A stretch of DNA of 64,000 nt from a bacterium (GCA_016124235.1 WGOC01000013.1:153416-217415); one strand, 5' to 3'. Positions 1 through 10,012 are shown, counted from the stretch's first letter. Notes: generated by a model not told the origin, from the letters alone. Translations and numbers: made by a program.

Positions 1-144
1 TGGATTCACAAACCCTTTGATGCACCGGACGAAGTGTTGCGTGCAGCAGGTGTTAAATTGGGCGGAAATTACCCCGAGCCCATCGTCAATCACGCGATCG
101 CCCGGCAAGTCGCGCTCGAAGCGTACGGCAAACTGAAATCGTGA
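1..144 (+). CDS. phrB: Deoxyribodipyrimidine photolyase, C-terminal fragment (gene begins before the window)
   Basis: Frame 1 reads WIHKPFDAPDEVLRAAGVKLGGNYPEPIVNHAIARQVALEAYGKLKS*, the typical photolyase FAD-domain tail (IH.P...YP.PIV.H..AR..AL). Confidence 0.85.
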   Translation, partial: WIHKPFDAPDEVLRAAGVKLGGNYPEPIVNHAIARQVALEAYGKLKS

Positions 145-425
145 TGAGCGGCGCATTGTTGACAGCTCGGAAGTCATCATTCCCAGCCTGCGCTGATCGT
201 TGACTTGTGATTAAGGAACTGTCTCCCGTACCAGCGGACATCGGTCCGCTCGCATGCGTTCAGCAGGCCACTTGCATTGGCGCTGGCTCACGTCGGCTGC
301 TACTTTCCGAATCTCTGGTATTGAACCCAAGCAAATCTGGTCGTTGATGGGTCAATTAAAGCGCGGCAATTGGTCAGACCGGTGTTGTGCCCGCAGACAT
401 CCCGCCCTAGCTTTCGCGTGTCGCT

Positions 426-2207
426 ATGCTTCGTTTCCAGAAATGGTTTGCGGAATTGATTTGGCCGGCAGGGCTGGTGTCCGCCGTTCTGATTGTTGCG
501 GGCTGCAACGAGAAGCCGGCCGATAAAACGGCAACCACGCCCCACGAGCCTGCCGCTCCAACTTTCGCAAAAGATGTCGCTCCGATTGTCTTCAAAAACT
601 GTTCGTACTGTCATCGCCCGGATCAAACGGCGCCGTTTCAATTGCTGACCTACAAGGACGTAAGCAAACGCGCGCGCCAAATCGGTGAAGTAGTGACTTC
701 CCGATACATGCCACCGTGGCTGCCGGTGCCGGGCTTCAATCATTTCCAGCACGAACGCGTTTTGACCGACGCCGAGATCGCCACCATCACCAACTGGGTC
801 GCCGCCGGCACGCCGGAGGGCAATCCGGCCGAGATCCCGCCAACCCCCGAATTCGTGAGCAAATGGCAAATGGGAACGCCGGACTTGATCGTCAAGCTGC
901 CCGAGCCGTACACGCTCAAGGCGGACGGTCCGGATGTGTATCGCAACTTCGTGGTACCCATTCCGACCACGCGCACGCGTTACGTTCGCGCAATGGAATT
1001 TCGCCCCGGCAATCCCCGCGTCGTTCACCATGCGTTTCTGGCAATCGACTCGACCGACGCATCCCACCGGCTCGACTTAAAGGACGCCGAAGCCGGTTAC
1101 CCCGGCATGCATTTGCCGACTGCGGACGAATCAGCCAGTGGGCAGTTCTTCAGCTGGCAACCCGGGAAACTGCCGATGGGCGGAGATCCGCGCCGCGCTT
1201 GGACGCTCGAAACCAATTCGTGGATGGTGATTCAAGTGCACATGCAGACGACGGGCAAACCGGAGCAACTGCAACCGGAGGTGGGAATATACTTCACCGA
1301 GGAGCCGGGCACGGACATCACCTTCAAATTGGGCCTCACGAGCTACGACCTGGACATTCCCGCCGGCGCAACCAACTTCCTGGCCGAGGACGCGTTTCAA
1401 TTGCCGGTTGACGTCGAACTGCTCGGCATTCTCCCGCACGCCCACTACCTGGCCCATCGGATGCAAGGCCTCGCCAGTCTGCCCGACGGTTCCAACAAAT
1501 GGCTATTGAACATCCAGAAGTGGGACTTCAACTGGCAGGGCGAATACTGGTATCAGCAACCAATCCAATTGCCGCAGGGCACTCGCGTTGGCATGCGTTT
1601 CTTTTACGACAACTCAACCAACAATCTCGCCAACCCATCGACGCCGCCCCAGGCCGTTTCCTACGGCCTCTACACGACGAACGAGATGGCCGAGCTTTGG
1701 ATGATTTTTCGGCTGAAGTCTCAGGACGACCGACGAACGCTGGCCCGGGCCGTTGTCCCCAAAGTGGCGCATGACGTCATCACCTACAGCCAGAAGTTGC
1801 TGGAGAAATATCCGACCGACGCCGGTTCCTGGCTGCAGATCGGCAAGGCTCACTACATGCTCGGGCAGCCACAACCGGCTTTCCAAGCGCTGACCAAAGC
1901 GCTCCAATCCGATCCCAGTCTCGACGAAGCGCACTATTTCATCGGCCTGATCGCCTACGACGCGCGCGACTTCCCACGGGCTGAAAAGGAACTGAAGGCG
2001 GCAATCGTCCTCAATCCGGCGAACTACAAGGCTTACGGATACCTGGGCCTCACCTATCTTGGTTCCGGCGATTACGCAAAATCCGAAGTCAATCTGCTTC
2101 AGGCCTTGCGCATCAATCCCAACGACACCGTCGCGAAGAAGAACCTGCAATTGTTGCGTTCGATCAAGGATGGCCAGAACGCCAAACCTGGATCTTCAAT
2201 CGAATGA
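426..2207 (+). CDS. Lipoprotein: monohaem cytochrome c + copper type II (PHM/DBH-like) monooxygenase + C-terminal TPR repeats
   Basis: Lipobox VAGC; CxxCH (CSYCH); Cu ligand set VVHHA, QVHM, PHAHY, NEMA; WDFNWQ motif; TPR helices in the last ~140 aa. Confidence 0.85.
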   Translation: MLRFQKWFAELIWPAGLVSAVLIVAGCNEKPADKTATTPHEPAAPTFAKDVAPIVFKNCSYCHRPDQTAPFQLLTYKDVSKRARQIGEVVTSRYMPPWLPVPGFNHFQHERVLTDAEIATITNWVAAGTPEGNPAEIPPTPEFVSKWQMGTPDLIVKLPEPYTLKADGPDVYRNFVVPIPTTRTRYVRAMEFRPGNPRVVHHAFLAIDSTDASHRLDLKDAEAGYPGMHLPTADESASGQFFSWQPGKLPMGGDPRRAWTLETNSWMVIQVHMQTTGKPEQLQPEVGIYFTEEPGTDITFKLGLTSYDLDIPAGATNFLAEDAFQLPVDVELLGILPHAHYLAHRMQGLASLPDGSNKWLLNIQKWDFNWQGEYWYQQPIQLPQGTRVGMRFFYDNSTNNLANPSTPPQAVSYGLYTTNEMAELWMIFRLKSQDDRRTLARAVVPKVAHDVITYSQKLLEKYPTDAGSWLQIGKAHYMLGQPQPAFQALTKALQSDPSLDEAHYFIGLIAYDARDFPRAEKELKAAIVLNPANYKAYGYLGLTYLGSGDYAKSEVNLLQALRINPNDTVAKKNLQLLRSIKDGQNAKPGSSIE

Positions 2208-2275
2208 TCCACGGCACGCCGCTTCGGACCTCTGAGTCGATCCCTCCGGAATGGATTGCGACCGGCGACAGATGC

Positions 2276-3835
2276 TCAAGCCTCTGCGAAACTCATCCCA
2301 CAGGCAGCCAGCATTTCACGGATCGCGGCCGGCGATGAATCCAACTTTGCCGCCGCCGCGAGCAGATCTTCCGCGCGTGCGGGATACCAATTTCGCAGCG
2401 CCGGATTCGCCAGACCCGCGACATTAATCGGGGCGATAATATGTGGGATTTGCTCGAGCAGCATCTGACGTCCCGCAACACTTCGATCCGCGCGCGCCCC
2501 CGAAAGCAACTTTTGCATCGGCTCGAAAAATCCCTTTCGTTTGCACAGTAAAAAACCCGGCGCCAATTCGGTTCGCTCCAATCGCCGCGCTGACTCCGAA
2601 TAGCTGGCCGCCGCAAAGTAAAGGAGCGAAAGTGAATTGAAGACTTCCGGATCATCCAAGTACCGCAGCATCGTCCCAATCAGGTCTGCCGTTGCGTCGA
2701 GTTCGTTGTTCGTCGAGCGGGCGTATTCTCGTAGGTGCGATTCGATTTCTTGGTTCGGCTTCGTTTGTTCCAACACGCGCGCTAGTCGATCCACCCCCAG
2801 CAATGTCAATGGGAAGCCGGTCGATAACAATGGATCCACAAATCCGGCGGCCGACGGCAGCATCACCCAATTCTTCCCGAAAATCTCCGACGCACGAAAC
2901 TGCATGCGCGACTGATAGACGAACGGCCGGCAGATTTTCGCGTCGACGAACTGGTCACGAACCGAAGGCAGACGCTGCAAAAGTCTGTGCCACGCCGGTT
3001 CGCCTTCTTCCAATTTCAGTTCAGCCGCCAAGCCTCGTTCGACCGACGCGCCAGCACTCACGATCCCGTTGTTGAAACGCAGCACCCAAATCCAGCCGCC
3101 CGGAAACACGTGGTGCACAGCCGCGGCATCGGGCGGGTATGGCGGGCGTTCTCCATCGAAGATGGAAAATGCCGACTGCTTCACGTCGCGAAAGTGCGTG
3201 TAAAGTGCCTCCATTTGCGGCACGTCGGCGAACAATCGTTCCTGCAAACGGAGTGCCTGTTGCAACATTCCGCGCGGGCCGGACGCATCAATGACCAAGC
3301 GACCGCGGACGCAAACTTCTTCGCCGGCTCGACTCCCGTGCAGCTCGACTGGCTCCTCGGCCAGTTCCACGCCGTCAACCGTCAACTGATCCAGAAACTC
3401 AACTCCGATGGACTTCGCCTCTTCCACGAGGAACGCATCTAAATCCTCGCGAAACCAATGCGTATCGGCGATGCCATCATGAGGACTCGCCGCGACGAGT
3501 AATTGCCGATGTCGTTCGCCATCGAGGGCAAATGGTTCATCAAGACGGTGATGGAAGAAAGTAAAGCCGCGCTTCAGTCCGCAGCCAATTTCAGGACGCT
3601 CGCGCTGCCAGGTTCCCCATTTGGTCAACGGCAACAAACGCGGAAGATCATATCGCCGCGCGAGTTCCTCGAGGAGCAGATTGGCCAACGGTGTCGACGA
3701 CTCACCGATCGCAAATCGCGGATGCCGACCGCGTTCTATCAAAGCCACGGTTCGCCCCAATCGGCGCGCAATCATCGCCACCAACGAACCCGCAAAACCC
3801 GAGCCGGCAACGATGATGTCGAATTCCTTTTTCAT
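2276..3835 (-). CDS. Flavin-dependent halogenase family protein
   Basis: GSGFAG Rossmann motif, FAIGES, Lys in GLKRGF, WIWVL (WxWxI-like), AAGFVDPLLSTG. Start MKKEF overlaps the upstream stop (ATGA). Confidence 0.85.
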   Translation of the reverse strand: MKKEFDIIVAGSGFAGSLVAMIARRLGRTVALIERGRHPRFAIGESSTPLANLLLEELARRYDLPRLLPLTKWGTWQRERPEIGCGLKRGFTFFHHRLDEPFALDGERHRQLLVAASPHDGIADTHWFREDLDAFLVEEAKSIGVEFLDQLTVDGVELAEEPVELHGSRAGEEVCVRGRLVIDASGPRGMLQQALRLQERLFADVPQMEALYTHFRDVKQSAFSIFDGERPPYPPDAAAVHHVFPGGWIWVLRFNNGIVSAGASVERGLAAELKLEEGEPAWHRLLQRLPSVRDQFVDAKICRPFVYQSRMQFRASEIFGKNWVMLPSAAGFVDPLLSTGFPLTLLGVDRLARVLEQTKPNQEIESHLREYARSTNNELDATADLIGTMLRYLDDPEVFNSLSLLYFAAASYSESARRLERTELAPGFLLCKRKGFFEPMQKLLSGARADRSVAGRQMLLEQIPHIIAPINVAGLANPALRNWYPARAEDLLAAAAKLDSSPAAIREMLAACGMSFAEA

Positions 3836-4815
3836 GCGCAGCTCGCGCAAGCGACCCGATCGAGGACTCGCTGTTGTAGATTCATTTGCTCCAAGCGATC
3901 ACGCCTTGCCGAAAGGCAATCAGGACATTTAGAGAATGTTGCCAAATCCCAGAGATCCGCAAACACACGGCCCCGGCCAAGATTGATCCCGGCGTCGAGC
4001 GCATCCTCAAGCTCGCTCAGTCGTGGCAACGAAAACTGCCCGAACTGCGCGAGCACTTCGAGCGCACCATTGCCCGGTCGCGTCGGGATCAACGACGCCA
4101 CGGTCGCACCGCAATCAAACGCAAATTCCACCGATCGCCTCACCCATTCGAGGTCCTCCGATTCATCGACGAACGGTGGCCGAACCAGCAGGAACACACG
4201 TAGCGCCATGCCCTCACGTCGCAGTCGCTCAGCAGATGCCGCAAAGTCATCGACGGAAAATCGCTTATTCAGTCTTTCGAGAAACGCGGGATTGGCAGTT
4301 TCCAGCCCCATCGCAACTTCCAAAGTCACGTCATGGTTCTGGACGGCCAGTAAGTCGCGAAAGCGAATGGTTCGATCACCGATTAATGAAGGATGGCATT
4401 CCACGATCACACGCTCGAATTGGGCCACCCGCCGGGCGATCGTTTCATAATCTCCCACCGGCACGGCGGCGCGATCAAAGAAGCTGCCGCTGTTGTACAA
4501 TTTGATCTGCCTTGGGATTCGGTGCGGCTCCTCATTGTGAAGCTCCTTCAAGGCGCGCTCGATCTGCTTCGGAATCGCGCCCGACGCAGTTCTTTGTTCG
4601 GTCGTGTTTCGCCAGAGATCGCACATCACGCATTTCCACGGGCATTCACTGCCGGTCAGAAAAATGGTGGCACCGTCGACGATCTCACCATCCGCATTTC
4701 GCTCCTTTTCCAGCAACCGTGCATACGCCCGTTGAGGATCTACCTGATTGCGGGGCGGTCGCCGCGCTACGATCCATCGATCGCGCGATTGGGAGTCCGG
4801 GGGATAGGGCGTCAC
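3832..4815 (-). CDS. Radical SAM protein, TIGR01210/RaSEA-like
   Basis: CPWKCVMC (CxxxCxxC), KLYNSGSFFD, VECHP, EVAMGLET, C-terminal CPDC...CASC. Probable GTG start at 4815 after AAGGAG; the ORF is open to 4854. Confidence 0.85.
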   Translation of the reverse strand: MTPYPPDSQSRDRWIVARRPPRNQVDPQRAYARLLEKERNADGEIVDGATIFLTGSECPWKCVMCDLWRNTTEQRTASGAIPKQIERALKELHNEEPHRIPRQIKLYNSGSFFDRAAVPVGDYETIARRVAQFERVIVECHPSLIGDRTIRFRDLLAVQNHDVTLEVAMGLETANPAFLERLNKRFSVDDFAASAERLRREGMALRVFLLVRPPFVDESEDLEWVRRSVEFAFDCGATVASLIPTRPGNGALEVLAQFGQFSLPRLSELEDALDAGINLGRGRVFADLWDLATFSKCPDCLSARRDRLEQMNLQQRVLDRVACASCA

Positions 4816-4825
4816 GGCGCCAACT

Positions 4826-6694
4826 CTACTCCTTGATTTCGATTCGTCGATCAATGCCGATCGAGTCGATCGGCACCTCCGTGTCCGCGCCGGACGGCCA
4901 GTGGACAGTCAACGATTCAACCTTGTCGGCCGTGCCAAAGCCGAAGGTCAACTCAGTGCTCGATTGCGAAACATAACTATGAGTCGGCGTCAACGTGCGC
5001 TGCTGGACAACGCCGCCGGCCTTGACGCTCACCGACGCACCGTATGCATCGCGATTGGATTTGGTTCCCGTCAGTTTGACCTTGAGCCAGTGATGACCGA
5101 GTTGCTGATCGTTACGCAGCAGCAACGGCTCGCCATGAAGTTGCGTCAAGACAATGTCGAGATCGCCGTCGCCATCAACGTCCGCATACGCGCTTCCGCG
5201 GCCAACGATCGGCTTGAACAAATCGCCGCCCGCCTCTTTTTCGGTCACCAGCAGAAAGCCGTTCCCATGGTTGTTCCAAAACAATTGGGCCGGCTGCCGA
5301 TAGTGTTGGCTGGCCTGAACCTTGGTGATGTCTTCATCGAGGTGGCCGTTGACCGTCAACAGGTCGGGCCAGCTGTCGAGATCGTAGTCAAAAAAGAAGA
5401 CGCCAAATTTGAGCGGCAATCGGCTCGCCGGCCCGATGCCCTCGGCGATGGCTTCATCGGCGAAGGGAAACGGTTTGCCCTGCGAAACGTAAAGAGCCGT
5501 CATTTCGTTCGCGAAGTTGCCAATGGCCACGCAGACCGCGCCATCGTTGCGATGATGAACAATGTCGATGCCCATCGCGCCGCGAGTGTTGCCGTTGCTG
5601 TCAAACGCAATGCCGGACGCGCCACCCATTTCCTTGAATTTGCCGTCGCCTTCGTTGATGAAGACGTAATTCTGAACCGTGTCGTTCGCCACGATCAAAT
5701 CCATCCGGCCGTCTTGATTGATATCAAACGGTGACACGCCAAGCGATTTTGCCGCCGGCACACCGGTCGACACGTTCTTGATCATCATGCCGCTGGCTTC
5801 CGTGACATCGGTAAATTTCCCGTTACCATCGTTGTGGTACAATTTCGGAAATGCGCCCTGAAAATCGGTCGGCGGCCCGTACGCCCGGTGCGTTCCATCG
5901 ATTGTGAAGTTCACTTTGAAATCAATCTCACGCGACCAGTGAATGTAATTCGCGACGAATAGATCGAGTCGGCCGTCGTTGTCGTAATCGAAAAACGTCG
6001 CCGCTGTACTCCAGTCATTCGTGCCTCCGGCCACACCCGCGGTTGCGGTCACATCGGCGAATTTCCCGTTGCCTTCGTTGTGGAACAAATGGTTCTCACC
6101 GACGCAAGTGAGCAGCAAATCATCGAGTCCGTCGTTGTCGTAATCGCCCACGGCCACACCCATGCCGTAAACCGGAACATCCAACCCCGATCCGGCGGTA
6201 ACATCGGTGAACTTGACCGGGCCACCGGGTTCCGTGTCGTTGCGATACAGCGCGCCGATTGTCGGTTTGAGCGACGGATCCTTGGCGCGATCCCAAGGCC
6301 ACCAGGTTGAATTCACGAACAAAAGATCCGGCTTACCATCGTTGTTAAAATCGAAAAATGCGACACCACCACCCAACGATTCGGGCAACAACTTATCGCC
6401 GGTCGCACCGTTGTTGTGAGAGAAAGTGATGCCCGCCGCTTTGGTGATGTCGGTGAATTTGACATGCGGGATCTCGGCCTTGGGCTTCTCCGGCTCCATC
6501 GGCGCCGCGATTGCCGTCTTGATTTCGGGCCCTTTCTCCTTTGGGCGGTTGAGCAGCAGCACAACGCCACCAACCAGCACCAAAATTACGAGGATGATGC
6601 CGGCCGAGTAACGAAATGCGCGCCCAATAATCTTGTCGTCCTCATGGCCGAACTCGTCATGCTCCGGAGAATTCTGTGGAGTGGTATTGCTCAT
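4826..6694 (-). CDS. CRTAC1/ASPIC-UnbV family FG-GAP repeat protein with N-terminal membrane anchor
   Basis: Repeated DxDxDG.xD motifs (DFNNDGKPD, DYDNDGLDD, DVDGDGDLD); C-terminal SNRDAYGA...SQS...FGFG...WPSG ASPIC domain; single TM helix. Confidence 0.9.
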   Translation of the reverse strand: MSNTTPQNSPEHDEFGHEDDKIIGRAFRYSAGIILVILVLVGGVVLLLNRPKEKGPEIKTAIAAPMEPEKPKAEIPHVKFTDITKAAGITFSHNNGATGDKLLPESLGGGVAFFDFNNDGKPDLLFVNSTWWPWDRAKDPSLKPTIGALYRNDTEPGGPVKFTDVTAGSGLDVPVYGMGVAVGDYDNDGLDDLLLTCVGENHLFHNEGNGKFADVTATAGVAGGTNDWSTAATFFDYDNDGRLDLFVANYIHWSREIDFKVNFTIDGTHRAYGPPTDFQGAFPKLYHNDGNGKFTDVTEASGMMIKNVSTGVPAAKSLGVSPFDINQDGRMDLIVANDTVQNYVFINEGDGKFKEMGGASGIAFDSNGNTRGAMGIDIVHHRNDGAVCVAIGNFANEMTALYVSQGKPFPFADEAIAEGIGPASRLPLKFGVFFFDYDLDSWPDLLTVNGHLDEDITKVQASQHYRQPAQLFWNNHGNGFLLVTEKEAGGDLFKPIVGRGSAYADVDGDGDLDIVLTQLHGEPLLLRNDQQLGHHWLKVKLTGTKSNRDAYGASVSVKAGGVVQQRTLTPTHSYVSQSSTELTFGFGTADKVESLTVHWPSGADTEVPIDSIGIDRRIEIKE

Positions 6695-6830
6695 GAAATT
6701 GTTCCCAAGTTCGCGTTACATATTAACGAGAGGATTTGATCGCCTTTCGACTCTGTTTCGCAGGTCATTCGATTGTCCAATTGATTCAGGCATTCCCGTC
6801 GCATCTTTCACTGAGCGGTAACAGGCGTCG

Positions 6831-9713
6831 TCATTTGGCGTCCGGCGAAAGACCGCTGGCGGCGGCCAGCTTTTGGTTCGCAGCCGGCAATTCAAATGCA
6901 CCTTCACGCTGCAATGGATAGATCACAATCGCTTGTGCCGCCGCGTTGGCAGCGGGATTCTTTTCGCGAGCCAGGTTAATCGCGCGATCGCGGGCGTTGT
7001 CGTCCGGTTGGTATTTCGCGTGCAGTCGCTGATGCAGTTCCGCTTTTTTCTGATCACCGAGGCGTCCGTAGAGAATGCCCAGGTTGTAGTGCGCCGTTAA
7101 ATTTTCTGAATCGTATTGCAACGTCTTCTCGAAGGTATCGACCGCTGCGTGCAACAACTGATCCTGCTTCGCGGGATCGCCGCGCTCGGCTTTCGCCCTT
7201 TCAAACAAGGCGAGCCCGAGCTCGTTGATCACCATGTAATCGCGGCTGAAATCGAAACCGCGCTCCTCGATCTCGGGATACCGGTCCTCCAGAATGCTCC
7301 GGAACTGTTTGACCGCATCATCGAGGTAACCGTTTTGCATATTCACCAAGCCGGTAAACCACGCCCGCACCCATTTCGGCGCCGGCGGATCAAAGGCCGC
7401 CGCCCGTTGCAAATCGGTTACCGCATCGTCGAGTCGGCCTTCCTTGAAAGCGACCCGTGCGAGATTCATCGGACCGTCGGGCCGGCCCAGTTTCTCGACA
7501 TTCTTAAACGCCTCGGTCGCCTGGATCAGCTCACCCCGCGCGGTCCCCTTGTCTCCCTTGTTCAGCAAACCGATGCCGTAGTCGTTCCAGCGCTGCCAAA
7601 CCGGAATTTTGGAATCGGGATTGGCAATCGCGGATCCGGCGACACCTGCCACCGGAAACGTGATGGAATCAGTCGCGATCACGCGGATCGGCAGATCATT
7701 CGTGAGCTGATAGGCGGCGCCGGCCGTATAGTTCGTGCCGAACACGTAGTTGAAATACGGCGTATCGAACTTCCGGTAATTGAGTTTCGCGTCGAATTGA
7801 ATGGGTGCTGTCACACCTTCCGGGACCGTGAATCGGTAGTGCACAACAAAGCCGGCGCCGGGGGGAATCTGGTTGTTGTAGAGTGGCGTAAAAATGTCCT
7901 GCGGATTGCGGCGATCGATTCGATTGCCGTCCTTGTCGAGCATGTAAACGTTTACAAAATGCGACCACGGATCGACTTCGTTGTGCGGTCCCAAACCACC
8001 ACTGCGACCGATTACTTTGCCGCCGCTCGAGGCCTTCACGTCGACCCAGATGTCATTGGAATCAACCGTGCCTTGCGAGAACAAGTGACCCACTTTCAAC
8101 GTCCGCAGAACGATCTCCACCAAATACGATTTGCCCGGAATCAGCGTGGGAACTTGCGGACGAAGCGGCGCGGTCAACGGACTGTCAATCGTGCCGCCCT
8201 CCTTCACGCCAAAAACATCAAGACGAAGCGAGTCCTTGCTGAATTCTTCGTGCTCCTTGATGACCTCCGGAAAACCGAGCACCTTCGCGAGTGCCGTGTT
8301 GGCGGACGGGAAAAGGTGATTGTGAATGAACCGCTGAGTTTGATTGGTCGGGTTGAAATATTGCGCGCCAAAATCATCGGACGCCACGAGCGGCATGTGA
8401 CACGAGCTGCAGTTTTGCGACGCCTTGGGCGGATAATAGAACGACCGCGCTCCATGGCCGGCTCCACTCAAGATGAATGGATCATAGTGGTTCTGTCCGC
8501 GCAGCCACTCCTTATAATGGTTCACCGCATAGGGAATGCTCACCTTGTGACACGTGGAGCAAAATTCCGGCGTCTTCATGAAATTTTTCAGGAACATCCG
8601 TTTGTGGAATTCCGGCTTCGCTTTTACCAGTTGGTTGTTGATGTATTGCGCGAAAGCGTTCGTGGAATACGCAAACGGGTAATGGATCGGCTCGGCAATG
8701 GTGTAGTCCGCGTTGCCCGTCGTGCTGTCGACCGACGTGATCGCGTGACATGAGGTACAGGTGATACCCGCCTTCGCCGTCGGATGATTGTGGATGTCGT
8801 AGTTCGGATTGTCGAATTGGCCGCTGAAGAAAGGCACTGGATCATGGCACCCGGCACACCAGCGGGACGCCTTCACGTCACCATCCCGCTTCAATCCCAT
8901 TTGCCGCGTCTCATTCACACTGAAGAGATAAAACGGATTATTGAACGAGCTGAAATGGTGGGCACTATGGAACCACCCCTTGTAGGCGTCCTGATGACAT
9001 TTCAGGCAGTAGTCATCCATCATCATGGTCCGCGCTGGAATGAAGTTGCCACTGGCGGTTTTCGCCGAGCTTGGTTCGAAATACTTTTTGCCTTCCTTCG
9101 ACTTTGCCGTGCTCAACGCGGGATGCGCCGAATGGAAAAACACCATGGCAATTGTGGCCACGGCGACCGCAGCTCCGAGTTTGATGCCCACCGCCCACTT
9201 GATCCGCGGGCCCGCAAGCCGATGGAGAATGTACAACCAGATCGCCACCAGTGGCGTGATCACGTGCGCCCAATAAGCGATTTGACGCAAGTTCGGATCC
9301 TTCAGCCCAATGTTCTTGAACTGAAAAATATCAACGCGTGTCAGCGCAATTCCCGTGACGAGGATGATCACGCCGACGAGAAACAGCGCATACCCAACGC
9401 CGACCGCCCGCCGATTGGGACGGTCGTGGGCGTTCTTCATGTGGATGAAGCCGAAGATCAAATACGGCAGGATCAACAAAAGGCCCAGGACAAGGTGGGC
9501 CAGAAACATCAACTGATAAAAATAGTTTTGATACAATGCCGGCCGGTTCACCCATTCGAGAAAGGAAATGGCCGACAGATAGAAGGAATTGGCGCCCAGC
9601 AAGGCGACCAGCGCAAAGACAACATACAGAACGATGCGCAGCTTGGGACCAATGGCGCGGACATACTTCTTGCGCGCCGGCGGGTTCGTGGGTGGGTTGA
9701 TTTCAGAACTCAT
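6831..9713 (-). CDS. Membrane-anchored pentahaem cytochrome c (c554-like) with C-terminal TPR repeats
   Basis: About five N-terminal TM segments; five CxxCH motifs (CLKCH, CAGCH, CTSCH, CSTCH, CSSCH); WQRWNDYGIGL followed by TPRs. Confidence 0.9.
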   Translation of the reverse strand: MSSEINPPTNPPARKKYVRAIGPKLRIVLYVVFALVALLGANSFYLSAISFLEWVNRPALYQNYFYQLMFLAHLVLGLLLILPYLIFGFIHMKNAHDRPNRRAVGVGYALFLVGVIILVTGIALTRVDIFQFKNIGLKDPNLRQIAYWAHVITPLVAIWLYILHRLAGPRIKWAVGIKLGAAVAVATIAMVFFHSAHPALSTAKSKEGKKYFEPSSAKTASGNFIPARTMMMDDYCLKCHQDAYKGWFHSAHHFSSFNNPFYLFSVNETRQMGLKRDGDVKASRWCAGCHDPVPFFSGQFDNPNYDIHNHPTAKAGITCTSCHAITSVDSTTGNADYTIAEPIHYPFAYSTNAFAQYINNQLVKAKPEFHKRMFLKNFMKTPEFCSTCHKVSIPYAVNHYKEWLRGQNHYDPFILSGAGHGARSFYYPPKASQNCSSCHMPLVASDDFGAQYFNPTNQTQRFIHNHLFPSANTALAKVLGFPEVIKEHEEFSKDSLRLDVFGVKEGGTIDSPLTAPLRPQVPTLIPGKSYLVEIVLRTLKVGHLFSQGTVDSNDIWVDVKASSGGKVIGRSGGLGPHNEVDPWSHFVNVYMLDKDGNRIDRRNPQDIFTPLYNNQIPPGAGFVVHYRFTVPEGVTAPIQFDAKLNYRKFDTPYFNYVFGTNYTAGAAYQLTNDLPIRVIATDSITFPVAGVAGSAIANPDSKIPVWQRWNDYGIGLLNKGDKGTARGELIQATEAFKNVEKLGRPDGPMNLARVAFKEGRLDDAVTDLQRAAAFDPPAPKWVRAWFTGLVNMQNGYLDDAVKQFRSILEDRYPEIEERGFDFSRDYMVINELGLALFERAKAERGDPAKQDQLLHAAVDTFEKTLQYDSENLTAHYNLGILYGRLGDQKKAELHQRLHAKYQPDDNARDRAINLAREKNPAANAAAQAIVIYPLQREGAFELPAANQKLAAASGLSPDAK

Positions 9714-10012
9714 CGTTCAAAAGCGATCGGTCAATTGCCCGCGCTCGAACCGGATTGGCTCAAACGCATTGGCTGGTCTTTAATTCGGAAAACTCCGAGC
9801 GTTTTGGGTCGAAACTTGAAGGAACCTTGTCGACAGGCAAATAGGTAAGCAGATGAAGAATCCAGATGCGGGATGGCGATTGACGACTCGCGAAAACAAG
9901 TCCCCGATCGTCCGGCCTTCGCGGGCCAGCTGAAGCGTTTTACGGTTGCTGCACTTGAGCTCATCTTCTGCACAAAACAAGCATCACTGATTGACTGGCC
10001 CTGATAACGAAT

